64,000 bases of DNA from Pseudomonadota bacterium. Lineage in GTDB: Bacteria; Bdellovibrionota; FAC87; UBA2466. A program made the position numbers and the translations under genes. Location of the stretch: NCBI GenBank assembly GCA_043718025.1, contig JAYSWN010000020.1, forward strand, positions 15,227 through 79,226. Reading direction: 5' to 3'. The notes beneath the pieces were generated by a model, which saw only the letters and a list, made by a program, of their open reading frames with translations, ran no database searches and had not been told where the DNA came from. Positions 29,759-38,883 of the stretch are shown piece after piece (the stretch's first letter is position 1; every line of letters begins with the position of its first letter).

Positions 29759-30535
29759 TTAAGTTTCCGCCTGCATCACGGGCCTTACGGGAATGCCGTT
29801 TTGTAAAACTTGCTTTTTAATTTCGCCGAGCTCGAGGCGGCGGTAGTGAAGAACGTCGGCGATACAAACCGCATCGGCGTGCCCCTGCTTACATACGTCC
29901 AAAAGGTGCTGCATCGAACCCATTCCTCCGCTGGCGATGACCGGAATGGAGACTACGCTAGAAATTGCTTTCACCAGCTCCACATCAAAGCCTTTGCGGG
30001 TCCCTTCTTGATCCACCGACGTCAGCAGGATCTCCCCCGCTCCCAGCGCCACCACTCGCTTGGCCCACTCGATGGCATCGAACCCAGAATGCTCGCGTCC
30101 GTTGTCGGTAAACACTTCCCACTGACGAGGCCCCATGCGCTTCACCTCGATGGAAGAAACCATGCATTGCGAACCGAAGGTGCGTGACACCTCGGTAATC
30201 AGTTCGGGACGCTTTACCGCGGCCGTATTGATGGCCACTTTATCCGCTCCGGCCCGCAGTAGCTCGCGCACATCATCGACCGATCGCACGCCGCCGCCGA
30301 CGGTAAGGGGAATAAAAACGTCGCGGGCCGTTCGGCTCACAATGTCGTGCAGGCTATTGCGCCCGTAAAGGCTCGCCACAATGTCCATGTAAATTAATTC
30401 GTCGGCGCCCTGCTCGTAGTACTGCCGCGCAAAAACCTGAGGATCGCCTACCACCCTCAACCCCTCGAGTTGAATTCCCTTGATGAGGTTAGGCCCCTTA
30501 ATGTCGAGCCGGGGGATGATTCGTATCCGTTGCAT
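29759..30535 (-). CDS. hisF: HisF-like cyclase subunit (WbuZ-type paralogue)
   Basis: RIIPRLDIK, GADEL, PLTVGGG, GADKVAINT, GEILLTS.D..GT, ASGG. Confidence 0.9.
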   Translation of the reverse strand: MQRIRIIPRLDIKGPNLIKGIQLEGLRVVGDPQVFARQYYEQGADELIYMDIVASLYGRNSLHDIVSRTARDVFIPLTVGGGVRSVDDVRELLRAGADKVAINTAAVKRPELITEVSRTFGSQCMVSSIEVKRMGPRQWEVFTDNGREHSGFDAIEWAKRVVALGAGEILLTSVDQEGTRKGFDVELVKAISSVVSIPVIASGGMGSMQHLLDVCKQGHADAVCIADVLHYRRLELGEIKKQVLQNGIPVRPVMQAET

Positions 30536-30538
30536 GCC

Positions 30539-31861
30539 TTACTTTCCGGAGTGCCAAACTTGGCGACGCAATTTCCATTCGCCCTCTTCAAATTTCCATA
30601 AGTGTGGAGATCGGAAGGTGTCGGCCAAATGCATGAAATATTCGTAGTCCATGATGGGCTGCTCAAACATTTTCGACGCTTCGGGAAACTCGTTCGCGGG
30701 AATACTTAAGTACTTAAAAATTTCGTCGGCAAAACGGTCAGGAAACTCGCCGTCGAAACGCTTGGCCAAAGCCACACCCTCATCACGGTTGATGTCGCCC
30801 GAGCGAATTTCTTGGGCCGCATCGTACGTGGCGCGGCCAATGCCGAACTTGATAAAGGTAGTGTAGTAATGAAAATCATCGATCCTGTCGTCGATACTGT
30901 TGTACTTGCTGTACGTTCCCGGCGTCCGTTCCGGTGAGGCCTGAAAGCCACCGTGCTCCACCGAGTAGTAGTAACAGCTCTGCGGATGCCACTTCAGGTA
31001 ATAACCCAAATAGTGCACTTCCACTTTTTGCTCCTCGATGGCGGCGGGATTCGCCGGCAAGTAAGGTTGCAGCTCGTACTCTTCTACGCCAAACTTGCTC
31101 TGAAGCTCAGCCAATGAAGTGCCGCCCAGATAGATTTGCGATTTGTCGCCCGACGTAAAGTAGGACCAGTCGCGCTTGGCTGACTTGGTATCGGCAATGG
31201 GATTGCCGTATTCGGCTTCATTTTCCCCGTAAAAAACTAACGGAATTTTGTGAAGCAACGCCATCTTAGGCGCCAGTGCTTTTTGCCCGAACATAAAGGG
31301 CTGAAACGGGTGAAATAGGTTTTCGACCGCCAGGCGGGTGATCAAACGGTGAATGCGGCCGTTGGGCGTGCACAAAAAATTATCGAAGCCGGCGTGAATC
31401 CAGCTTTGAAAGTTTTTCCAACCCCAGTCGGTATAAACGTGCGGGGCCCAGGTAACGGTAAGCGGGTGCATTCCGTACTTAGTACGCAGCATGTGGGCGG
31501 CGTAAAAACTGTCTTTTCCGCCCGAACCCGGCACCACGCAGTCGTAAGTTCCATCGTTCTTACGGTGCTTATCGCACAAGGCCATCAACTCTTTTTCACG
31601 CTGGGACCAATCGATGGTGCCGTGCTTTTCTTCGGCCAACCGACACGCGTCGCATACTCCGGCAGAGTCAAAGTGAATCGTTTTTTTCTTACTGTCCTTA
31701 GTGTGACCATACTCAACCGCAGAGTTCGGCCGCTGATTTGAAATAACGCATTTAGTGCAAAACGAAACGTCGTGCGGCAACCCGTATTTGATATCGTGGG
31801 TTTCCTGGTCTTTCTCGAAGGGCTCCAGGTCAATATTACGCCGGCGTGGATAGGGAAACAT
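30539..31861 (-). CDS. N-acetyl sugar amidotransferase (WbuX/PseA/PtmG-like)
   Basis: CTKC, CDAC, PP-loop SGGKDS, YGENEAEYG, KFGIGRAT; precedes hisF/hisH paralogues. Confidence 0.9.
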   Translation of the reverse strand: MFPYPRRRNIDLEPFEKDQETHDIKYGLPHDVSFCTKCVISNQRPNSAVEYGHTKDSKKKTIHFDSAGVCDACRLAEEKHGTIDWSQREKELMALCDKHRKNDGTYDCVVPGSGGKDSFYAAHMLRTKYGMHPLTVTWAPHVYTDWGWKNFQSWIHAGFDNFLCTPNGRIHRLITRLAVENLFHPFQPFMFGQKALAPKMALLHKIPLVFYGENEAEYGNPIADTKSAKRDWSYFTSGDKSQIYLGGTSLAELQSKFGVEEYELQPYLPANPAAIEEQKVEVHYLGYYLKWHPQSCYYYSVEHGGFQASPERTPGTYSKYNSIDDRIDDFHYYTTFIKFGIGRATYDAAQEIRSGDINRDEGVALAKRFDGEFPDRFADEIFKYLSIPANEFPEASKMFEQPIMDYEYFMHLADTFRSPHLWKFEEGEWKLRRQVWHSGK

Positions 31862-31864
31862 GAC

Positions 31865-32539
31865 TCAATTCTCCATTATTTTCTGGACTTGAAGGAAATC
31901 GGATACGGTATCAATGTCAAGGGAGCGGTCAGCGGGCATCTCGTAACCAACCGTCTCATTTGACAGAAACTTTTTCTCCCGTCGCAACCATTCCGACTTC
32001 GCCACATAGATAGCACCATTTAGCGAATAAACGGGGGGCAAATCTTGTCGCCGAACCACTGCGGTGTGCGGCAACAGAGGAACCAACCGGGCGTCGGGAG
32101 CCTGAGTAAACATCCAGTAGGGGCTTTCTTGCGCAAGGCAAACCGAGACGCAGGAGGGCGAGTTGGCTTGGACACAGTGCTGAATGGCACGGTCTATATC
32201 CTGGGCCGAGCGCAGCGGCGAAGTGGGCTGAAGCAGGACCACCCATTCGTATCCGGGACAGCGATCTAAAGCATCTAAAACCACCTCGATAGTTGGGGTT
32301 TGATCCTGGGCTAACCGCGATTCCCGAACGAAGGGAACTTCACACCCGTAGGCCTGTGCCACCTCAATGATGCCGGGGTCGTCGGACGACAAGATGACCC
32401 GATCCAGTAACTGAGACGTCTTTGCCGCTTCGATGGTCCAGGCAATTAAAGGCTTACCGCCCACCGGACGAATGTTTTTTCCGGGCACCCCCTTGGAGCC
32501 ACCGCGGGCGGGAATAATTCCTAAATAGAGTTGGCTAAT
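31865..32539 (-). CDS. neuA: CMP-nonulosonate synthetase (acylneuraminate cytidylyltransferase), apparent ATT start
   Basis: IIPARGGSKG.PGKN lies upstream of the ORF-track start; LQPTSPLR, NGAIY, SLDIDT. Confidence 0.9.
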   Translation of the reverse strand: MSQLYLGIIPARGGSKGVPGKNIRPVGGKPLIAWTIEAAKTSQLLDRVILSSDDPGIIEVAQAYGCEVPFVRESRLAQDQTPTIEVVLDALDRCPGYEWVVLLQPTSPLRSAQDIDRAIQHCVQANSPSCVSVCLAQESPYWMFTQAPDARLVPLLPHTAVVRRQDLPPVYSLNGAIYVAKSEWLRREKKFLSNETVGYEMPADRSLDIDTVSDFLQVQKIMEN

Positions 32540-33623
32540 TGTTTATCTCCCGAGGTCGTACCCGATTTTCGGGCTCACGGAACAGGTTACCAATGTCGGA
32601 ATTGGCCTTTTGGTAATCTGGTTGGCGCCCAATATCTAGCCAGTAATCGCGCACCTTATAAGTGCCCGCTTTCATCTTGCGGGAGATCATCAGGTCAAAA
32701 AGGTTGGGCATATCAAAAAAAGTATCCTTGGGAACCAACGACAGCGTTTCGGGAGAAAGCACGTAAACGCCGGCACTAACGAGGGAACGGTGAATCGGTT
32801 TCTCGTCGATACTCTGAACCCGGCCATCGACTTCGCGAACCACTCCGTAAGGAATTTGAAACTCGTATTCACTCACGCCCATCGTCGCGGCGGAGTCGTT
32901 GTCTACGTGCATGCTTAGCATTTGCAGATAATCGATATTAGCCAGCAAATCTCCGTTAGCCACGATCACCGGCTCCGACGGCAGCTCGGGCAATAAGCTT
33001 AAGGCGCCCGCAGTGCCCAAACGTTTGTCTTCGCGCAAATACCTAATGCGGGCGCCAAAACGTTCGCCCTCACCAAAATGGCTCTCGATCACTTCTGCTT
33101 TGTAGTGAACCGAAATGTAAAAGTTCTGGAAACCCTGCTCCAAAAAGTTTTTTAAAATAGTTTCAAGTAGCGGCCGGTCGCCGACATTTAGCATTGGTTT
33201 GGGCGTGGTACGCGTTAGGTCGCCCATCCTAGTTCCCAGTCCCCCGGCCATAAGGATTACCCAGTTTTCCCGGGCCGACGGCAGCAGGTATTCACTCAAG
33301 AACTCCATGCCCACCACGCGGTTGCTGTCGTCTACAATTGGTAGCTGCTGCAGCTTAAGCTTGCGCATTAACGACAAAATCGATTCCATGCTCTCTCCCT
33401 TGCGGGCGAAGCGAGGATTGATGAACATGACTTTCTCAACGGTATCCGAAAGAGAAAGCCCTTTTAGCAAACCCCGTCGAATATCGCCGTCAGACAAAGT
33501 GCCCAAGAGTTTTCGACTCTCGTCCACCACCAGCACAATCTGCATGCCGTTAGCGTCGATGTTAAGCAACGCATCCCGTATCGTGTTGTTCGGGCGGATC
33601 AGAATATTTTCCCAACTCTTCAT
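32535..33623 (-). CDS. CBS-domain sugar-phosphate nucleotidyltransferase (PtmE-like)
   Basis: SDGDIRRG CBS pair; MAGGLGTR, TPKPML, LGTAGAL, NGD, WLDIG. Confidence 0.9.
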   Translation of the reverse strand: MKSWENILIRPNNTIRDALLNIDANGMQIVLVVDESRKLLGTLSDGDIRRGLLKGLSLSDTVEKVMFINPRFARKGESMESILSLMRKLKLQQLPIVDDSNRVVGMEFLSEYLLPSARENWVILMAGGLGTRMGDLTRTTPKPMLNVGDRPLLETILKNFLEQGFQNFYISVHYKAEVIESHFGEGERFGARIRYLREDKRLGTAGALSLLPELPSEPVIVANGDLLANIDYLQMLSMHVDNDSAATMGVSEYEFQIPYGVVREVDGRVQSIDEKPIHRSLVSAGVYVLSPETLSLVPKDTFFDMPNLFDLMISRKMKAGTYKVRDYWLDIGRQPDYQKANSDIGNLFREPENRVRPREINN

Positions 33624-33628
33624 AAATT

Positions 33629-34264
33629 TCAAATCGCCTTTGCGGGGACTCCGGCGAGTTTTACGCCATCGTCGTGACTACCAATTACCACTGAGCCTGC
33701 TGCCACCAGACAATCCTTACCCAACTTTATTCCCTGAATGAATACGGCGCCGGTTCCAATGTGACTGCGGCTTCCCACCGAAACACCGCCAGATAGCGTC
33801 ACTCCAGGCGCCAGGTGGGAATGTTGGGCGATTACGCAGTCGTGGTCAATATTCACGCCGGTATTCACAATAACGTTGTCACCCACCCGTACCCCGCACT
33901 GAATCACCGCCCCGGCCATAATTTGGGACCCTTCGGCAATTACCGCATGCGCCGATACAAAAGCCGCGGGGTGAATTATCGTGGCAAACTGAAACTGCTT
34001 TTCTTTCCAGCGCTCAAAAATCTGCTGGCGCAGCTGGGGTAGGCCCACCGAACCGATGCCGTTGGCTAGAAAAATCTCGTCGGGAGAAAACTTAGCAATC
34101 TCCGCATCCCCACCCAAAATTTTTATACCCAAGCAGCTGGAGCCCCAGCGGCTGGAGTCCGAGTCGGTGAACCCGATTACGGTTTTTCCTGACTCAATCA
34201 AGGCGTCGGCCACCACTCGGCCATGCCCTCCCGCACCAATAATAATAATCGGCCGATCAGCCAT
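33629..34264 (-). CDS. NeuD/PglD-family sugar acetyltransferase
   Basis: GAGGHG, IHP, IDHDC, hexapeptide repeats, GVPAK. Confidence 0.9.
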   Translation of the reverse strand: MADRPIIIIGAGGHGRVVADALIESGKTVIGFTDSDSSRWGSSCLGIKILGGDAEIAKFSPDEIFLANGIGSVGLPQLRQQIFERWKEKQFQFATIIHPAAFVSAHAVIAEGSQIMAGAVIQCGVRVGDNVIVNTGVNIDHDCVIAQHSHLAPGVTLSGGVSVGSRSHIGTGAVFIQGIKLGKDCLVAAGSVVIGSHDDGVKLAGVPAKAI

Positions 34265-35345
34265 CCAACGCCTCGTCGGGGTGGTAACTTCGGGAGGCGG
34301 GTTTCCCTAGGTAGTTCCAATACTCCATGGGCGAAATGCCGCTACCGGGCCGTTTGCACGACAGGCTGTCGGAAGAAAAAACTTGGTTCTGCGCCACTTC
34401 CCGCAACGCGATCAGACTGCGGCGGGCCACTTGGCGGTTTTTGCGCTCCGACGGCGAAGGCTGCTTAATGCCATCGCCAAGCGCGAGATTAATTTCGCGA
34501 ATCCCGTTCACGAGCTGGGTTAGTTCCGCCGGCTCTAACGAGGCCTTGTGATCGGGCCCTTCAAGATTTCGGTCGAGGGTGAAGTGTTTCTCGATGACCT
34601 TCGCCCCGCGCGCCACGGCGGCCAACGAAATGTGAATGCCTTCGGTATGATCTGAATAGCCTACCGGCAATCCGAATGCCGCCGCTAAAGTGTCCATGGC
34701 TTTTAGATTCACTTCGGACACCGGCGCCGGATACTCGGTGGTGCAATGGAGCACGGTCACCGCTTTAGTCAGCGCACGGCGCCCCTCGTTCGAACAAAAA
34801 GCGGTGATAAAGGCCTCCCGATCCGGCGCGGCGTCGGGGGGCGCGGTTAGGCCAAAGGCCAAAACGCCGAGCGCGTCCTCGACCTCACCCAGCGTACTCA
34901 TGCCCGTCGATAAAATAATTTTCGGCGCCGAGCGCGCAATCTCCAGCAAGAAGGGCGCGTTGGTAATATCGCCCGATGAAACCTTGATGGTTTGCATTCG
35001 AAATTGCCGGGTCAGAAGCTGGAGGCTTTCGGAATCAAAAGGGGTCGAAAGAAACTCAATCTGTTTGCCCTTGGCGTGTTCAATGAGCCGTTCGTGATCG
35101 TGCGGAGACAGTTCCAGCTTGCGAATCATTTCCCATTGGCTCTCGGCCGCATCCGTGGTGCGAAGCTGGTACTCGGCCTTTGGGGCGCCCTGGCTTACCA
35201 ATTTATCGGCGCGGAAGGTTTGAAACTTCACCGCATCGGCTCCGGCCTGGGCGGCGGCGTCCACGAGCTGAAGCGCCATCTCCATTGAGCCGTTGTGGTT
35301 GACCCCGGCTTCCGCAATAACAAACGTTTTGTTTTTAGAATTCAT
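34257..35345 (-). CDS. neuB: Nonulosonate synthase (legionaminate synthase-like)
   Basis: IAEAGVNHNG, DAVKFQT, STPFD, LHCTTEYP, GYSDHT, IEKHFTLD, SAF domain KRPG.GISP. Confidence 0.95.
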   Translation of the reverse strand: MNSKNKTFVIAEAGVNHNGSMEMALQLVDAAAQAGADAVKFQTFRADKLVSQGAPKAEYQLRTTDAAESQWEMIRKLELSPHDHERLIEHAKGKQIEFLSTPFDSESLQLLTRQFRMQTIKVSSGDITNAPFLLEIARSAPKIILSTGMSTLGEVEDALGVLAFGLTAPPDAAPDREAFITAFCSNEGRRALTKAVTVLHCTTEYPAPVSEVNLKAMDTLAAAFGLPVGYSDHTEGIHISLAAVARGAKVIEKHFTLDRNLEGPDHKASLEPAELTQLVNGIREINLALGDGIKQPSPSERKNRQVARRSLIALREVAQNQVFSSDSLSCKRPGSGISPMEYWNYLGKPASRSYHPDEALDG

Positions 35346-36504
35346 GTTTCACATCAAAAAAAGATTTGCGGACCTGCAAGGGTACCGAGCTCAACGTCGA
35401 TACGATCGCGCGGCTTGCCTCGCCTTGACCATAGAGCGACGTGGTTTGTTTTAGGTGGCCCTGAAATTCCTCGGACAAAGCCGTCTTAATCGCGCGCACG
35501 ATGCTGTCTTGGTTCTCTTCCGCATCCACAATGGAGCTGGCCTTGAGCCGACCCTTTTGACGATCCCCAATATTTACCGTGGCCCGCTTGAAAACCGGCG
35601 CCTCGATCAATCCGCTAGACGAATTTCCAATGACCACGCTGCTCAACCGCAAAAGGCTTAAGTAACGAAGTTGGCCCAAAGAGACGACCGCGCGGGTGCG
35701 TTCGGATCTTTCGCGCGCGAAGTCCTCCAACAGTTTAGAAATGGCGCTGCCCCCCGGATCCGCGTTGGGATGAGTGAGCACGATGGTGGCCTGAGGAAAC
35801 TCCCGCAAGGCGTTGAGCAACGTCTTCATCCCCTCTTCGGGGGCGGCCTCGCCCAACGTTACCGGATGGTAGGTGACCAAGAAAAGTGGACTGCCGAGAT
35901 CCATGTCCAATTGCCGAGCTAACTCTTCCCGCGACAGCCATGCCAGGCGCGACAGGCTATCCAAACCCGGGGCGCCAAAATTAAAGACGCGCTCGGGGGC
36001 CTCGCCCATTTGTACCACGCGTTTGCGGTAGGCATCGGCCGCTACGAAATGCCACTGGGCCATTTTGGTAATGGCGTGGCGAATGCCTTCATCAAAGGCC
36101 CCTTCGGTGATCTCTCCGCCGTGAATGTGCGCCACCGGAATTTTTGCCAGCATAGCGGCTTGAACCGCGGCCAAGATTTCAAAGCGGTCGCCGAGTACCA
36201 CCAGCATATCGGGCTGCAGCTGCTCGAACGCTTCGGCAAATCCCATCACTCCCAGCCCCAACGATTTGGTCACGGCGGTATTTGTGTCGGAAGTGAGTCC
36301 CATATCGACCTTGGCGTCGATCTGAAAACCGTGCGATTCAATTTCTCGGTAGGTTTCCCCAAACTGCGGAGCGAGGTGCATGCCGGTGGCAACGACCTGT
36401 AAGGTGAGACTGGGATTCGCCTGCACTTCGTCCATCACCCAACGCAGCAAACCGTATTCGGCGCGGGAGCCAGTCACCACGCAAATTTTGCGGTTGGCGC
36501 TCAC
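35335..36504 (-). CDS. neuC: Hydrolysing NDP-sugar 2-epimerase (LegG-like)
   Basis: TGSRAEYG, TGMHL, LGDRFE, HIHGGE, TYHPVT, GNSSSG, GDRQKGR. Confidence 0.95.
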   Translation of the reverse strand: MSANRKICVVTGSRAEYGLLRWVMDEVQANPSLTLQVVATGMHLAPQFGETYREIESHGFQIDAKVDMGLTSDTNTAVTKSLGLGVMGFAEAFEQLQPDMLVVLGDRFEILAAVQAAMLAKIPVAHIHGGEITEGAFDEGIRHAITKMAQWHFVAADAYRKRVVQMGEAPERVFNFGAPGLDSLSRLAWLSREELARQLDMDLGSPLFLVTYHPVTLGEAAPEEGMKTLLNALREFPQATIVLTHPNADPGGSAISKLLEDFARERSERTRAVVSLGQLRYLSLLRLSSVVIGNSSSGLIEAPVFKRATVNIGDRQKGRLKASSIVDAEENQDSIVRAIKTALSEEFQGHLKQTTSLYGQGEASRAIVSTLSSVPLQVRKSFFDVKHEF

Positions 36505-37709
36505 GGCTGAAGGTCACCTAGTTTGGCGCTACTAGGCAGGTTAATGAGGCTCGACTCAAGCGCTTCGGCCACCGGCGTTTCGGCGCGCGGGTTAGTGGCG
36601 TACATGGGCAGCTTATAAAGCAAGTTCCAAACCGGACGGCACTGGTAACCCAATTCATTGGCAGCGTCCAAAATTTGGTTTCGCGTCTCGACATCCGGAG
36701 TCGCCAGGCGAACGGCGTTCAGCCAGTAGATACTCTCGGTTCCGCTCGTCTCCGCCACGAAGTGCATTCCGGGAACTCCCTGAAAGGCCTCACGGTAGTG
36801 GGCGGCAAGCTGGCGTTTGCGCCGAACGAATTCGGGCAGCTTTTCCAGCTGGGCGCAGCCCAGCGCCGCATTCAAGTTGGGCAGCCGAAAATTATAGGCC
36901 ACGATGTCGTGGTGGAACTCCCACCGGTGCGGCCGTTTCGCCGTGGTGGTTAAATGCTTGAGCGTGCGGGCCAGATCGGAATCGTTGGTCAAGATTGCCC
37001 CGCCCCCGCCGGTGGTGACGATTTTGTTGCCGTTGAAACTGAGGCAGCCCATTTGGCCAAACGTACCGGTGTGCCTTCCGTGATAAAGACTGCCCAACGA
37101 TTCGGCCGCATCCTCCACAATTGGCAGATTGAATTCCTTACTCACTTCCAACAAAGCATCGAGATCGACCGGATGGCCAAAGGTGTGCATCGGCACCACG
37201 GCGGCAATTCGCCGGCCGGTGTTCTTGTTGTGCAGGATGCCGCCCTGGACCGAGGCAATTTGCCGAAGGTGCGTGGCCAACGCGCGCGCGTCCAAACCTA
37301 AAGTGGAGAGTTCGCTATCTACGAAATGGGGAGTGGCGCCACAATGGGAAACCGCATTGGCGGAGGCCACAAACGAAAGGGCCGGCACGAGCACTTCGTC
37401 CCCCGGTTTCACCCCGCTCACCTGGAGCGCCACCTGCAGGGCCACCGTACCGTTCGCCACGACCACCGCGTGTTTGGCGCCGGTCAGTTCGGCCAGCCGG
37501 CGTTCAAATTCATCGACGTACTTGCCGACCGATGAGACCCAACCGGTGTCGATGCATTCTTTTACGTACTTCCATTCATTGCCCGTGAACTCGGGTTCGT
37601 GCAGGGCCATCACTCCGTTCGGTTTGCCTACGCTGCGTTGAAGTCCCTGCAAAAAATTAGTGCACAACGTTTGCGTCGTCGTATTCGCCACTTGGATGGT
37701 CTTTTCCAT
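36501..37709 (-). CDS. legC: LegC-family PLP aminotransferase
   Basis: LHEPEF, WVSSVG, PMHTFGHP, EDAAESLG, SFNGNKIVTTGGGG, HLTTTAK. Confidence 0.9.
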   Translation of the reverse strand: MEKTIQVANTTTQTLCTNFLQGLQRSVGKPNGVMALHEPEFTGNEWKYVKECIDTGWVSSVGKYVDEFERRLAELTGAKHAVVVANGTVALQVALQVSGVKPGDEVLVPALSFVASANAVSHCGATPHFVDSELSTLGLDARALATHLRQIASVQGGILHNKNTGRRIAAVVPMHTFGHPVDLDALLEVSKEFNLPIVEDAAESLGSLYHGRHTGTFGQMGCLSFNGNKIVTTGGGGAILTNDSDLARTLKHLTTTAKRPHRWEFHHDIVAYNFRLPNLNAALGCAQLEKLPEFVRRKRQLAAHYREAFQGVPGMHFVAETSGTESIYWLNAVRLATPDVETRNQILDAANELGYQCRPVWNLLYKLPMYATNPRAETPVAEALESSLINLPSSAKLGDLQP

Positions 37710-38704
37710 TAGATGTTGTACCGATCCGTTTTGTATTGGGCCAAGTTGGCCGGGTTCGTAAACCACTCCACCGTTTCAATGAGTCCTTTACGGAAGCCAT
37801 CGCGGCCGCCGTAGTCAGGAGCCCAACCCAAAAGATCTTTGGCTTTCTGGTTTGACGCCAACAAACGTTCCACTTCTGAATTTTTGGGGCGAAACCGATC
37901 TTCGTCCGTGGTGATCTGAATCTTGGCGCCCATCACCTCCGCTATAAGTGCGGCGGTCTCTCCGATGGAGATTTCATACTGGCTGCCGAAGTTGATCACC
38001 TCGCCCAAACCCTTTTCACTGCGCAGGGTCGAAATAAATCCCGCGGCGGTGTCTTTCACAAAATTGAAATCGCGGGTCGGCGTGACCGCCCCCAGCTTTA
38101 TCTCCCGTTTGCCCGAAGCAATTTGCGTGATGATGGTAGGAATAACCGCCCGCGCCGATTGCCGGGGTCCGTAAGTGTTAAACGGACGCGCAATCACTAC
38201 CGGAAGATTGAACGAAGCAAAAAAGGAATAGGCGAGCTGGTCGGCGCCAATTTTGGAAGCCGAGTAGGGTGATTGCCCCTGCAGCGGATGCTCTTCGGTG
38301 ATGGGTACGAAACGCGCGGTCCCATAAACTTCACTAGTCGAAGTGTGAATAAAGCGGCGCACTCCGAGCTCGCGGGCGGCCTGTAATAAGTTGAGCGTGC
38401 CCTTCACGTTAGTGTCTACGTAGGTATCCGGCGAATGGTAGGAAAAGGGGATCGCAATCAGCGCAGCCAAATGCAGCACCGCATCACAGTCTTTTAGAGC
38501 CTGCTTCACGCCGTGGGGATCGCGGATGTCGCCTGAAAACACATCGAGGCTTTTTTTAATGCGGGAGGGCGCCTGATCCAGCCAACCCCAAGAATTGAAG
38601 GAATTGTAGAGTACGAATGCCCTGACGTCGTACCCATTTTCAACGAGCGACTCGGTAAGGTGAGAGCCAATAAATCCGTCGGCACCGGTTACTAAAACTT
38701 TCAA
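37709..38704 (-). CDS. legB: NDP-GlcNAc 4,6-dehydratase (LegB-like)
   Basis: TGADGFIGSH, YNSFNSWGWLD, LAALIAIPFSY, TSTSEVYG, YSASK; SD GGAGG before the TTG. Confidence 0.9.
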   Translation of the reverse strand: MKVLVTGADGFIGSHLTESLVENGYDVRAFVLYNSFNSWGWLDQAPSRIKKSLDVFSGDIRDPHGVKQALKDCDAVLHLAALIAIPFSYHSPDTYVDTNVKGTLNLLQAARELGVRRFIHTSTSEVYGTARFVPITEEHPLQGQSPYSASKIGADQLAYSFFASFNLPVVIARPFNTYGPRQSARAVIPTIITQIASGKREIKLGAVTPTRDFNFVKDTAAGFISTLRSEKGLGEVINFGSQYEISIGETAALIAEVMGAKIQITTDEDRFRPKNSEVERLLASNQKAKDLLGWAPDYGGRDGFRKGLIETVEWFTNPANLAQYKTDRYNI

Positions 38705-38883
38705 AATGCCTCCACGAAAGCCCTCAATTCAAACACTTTCCCCAAATTAACAAGATCGTCTAGTAGTAGCCTGCAGAAGCGGCACTGGCAAGTCGGTCGG
38801 GCGAATAGGGTGGCCGCGGAAAGGGAGAAATTAGGGGTTGGTTTTAGCCGAGAAAAAGAGGATCATCAGACCCCTCACCCGCA

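Noticed and set aside
29110..30535. Histidine biosynthesis operon
   Set aside because: No other his genes; position after an N-acetyl sugar amidotransferase indicates ammonia-supplying paralogues.
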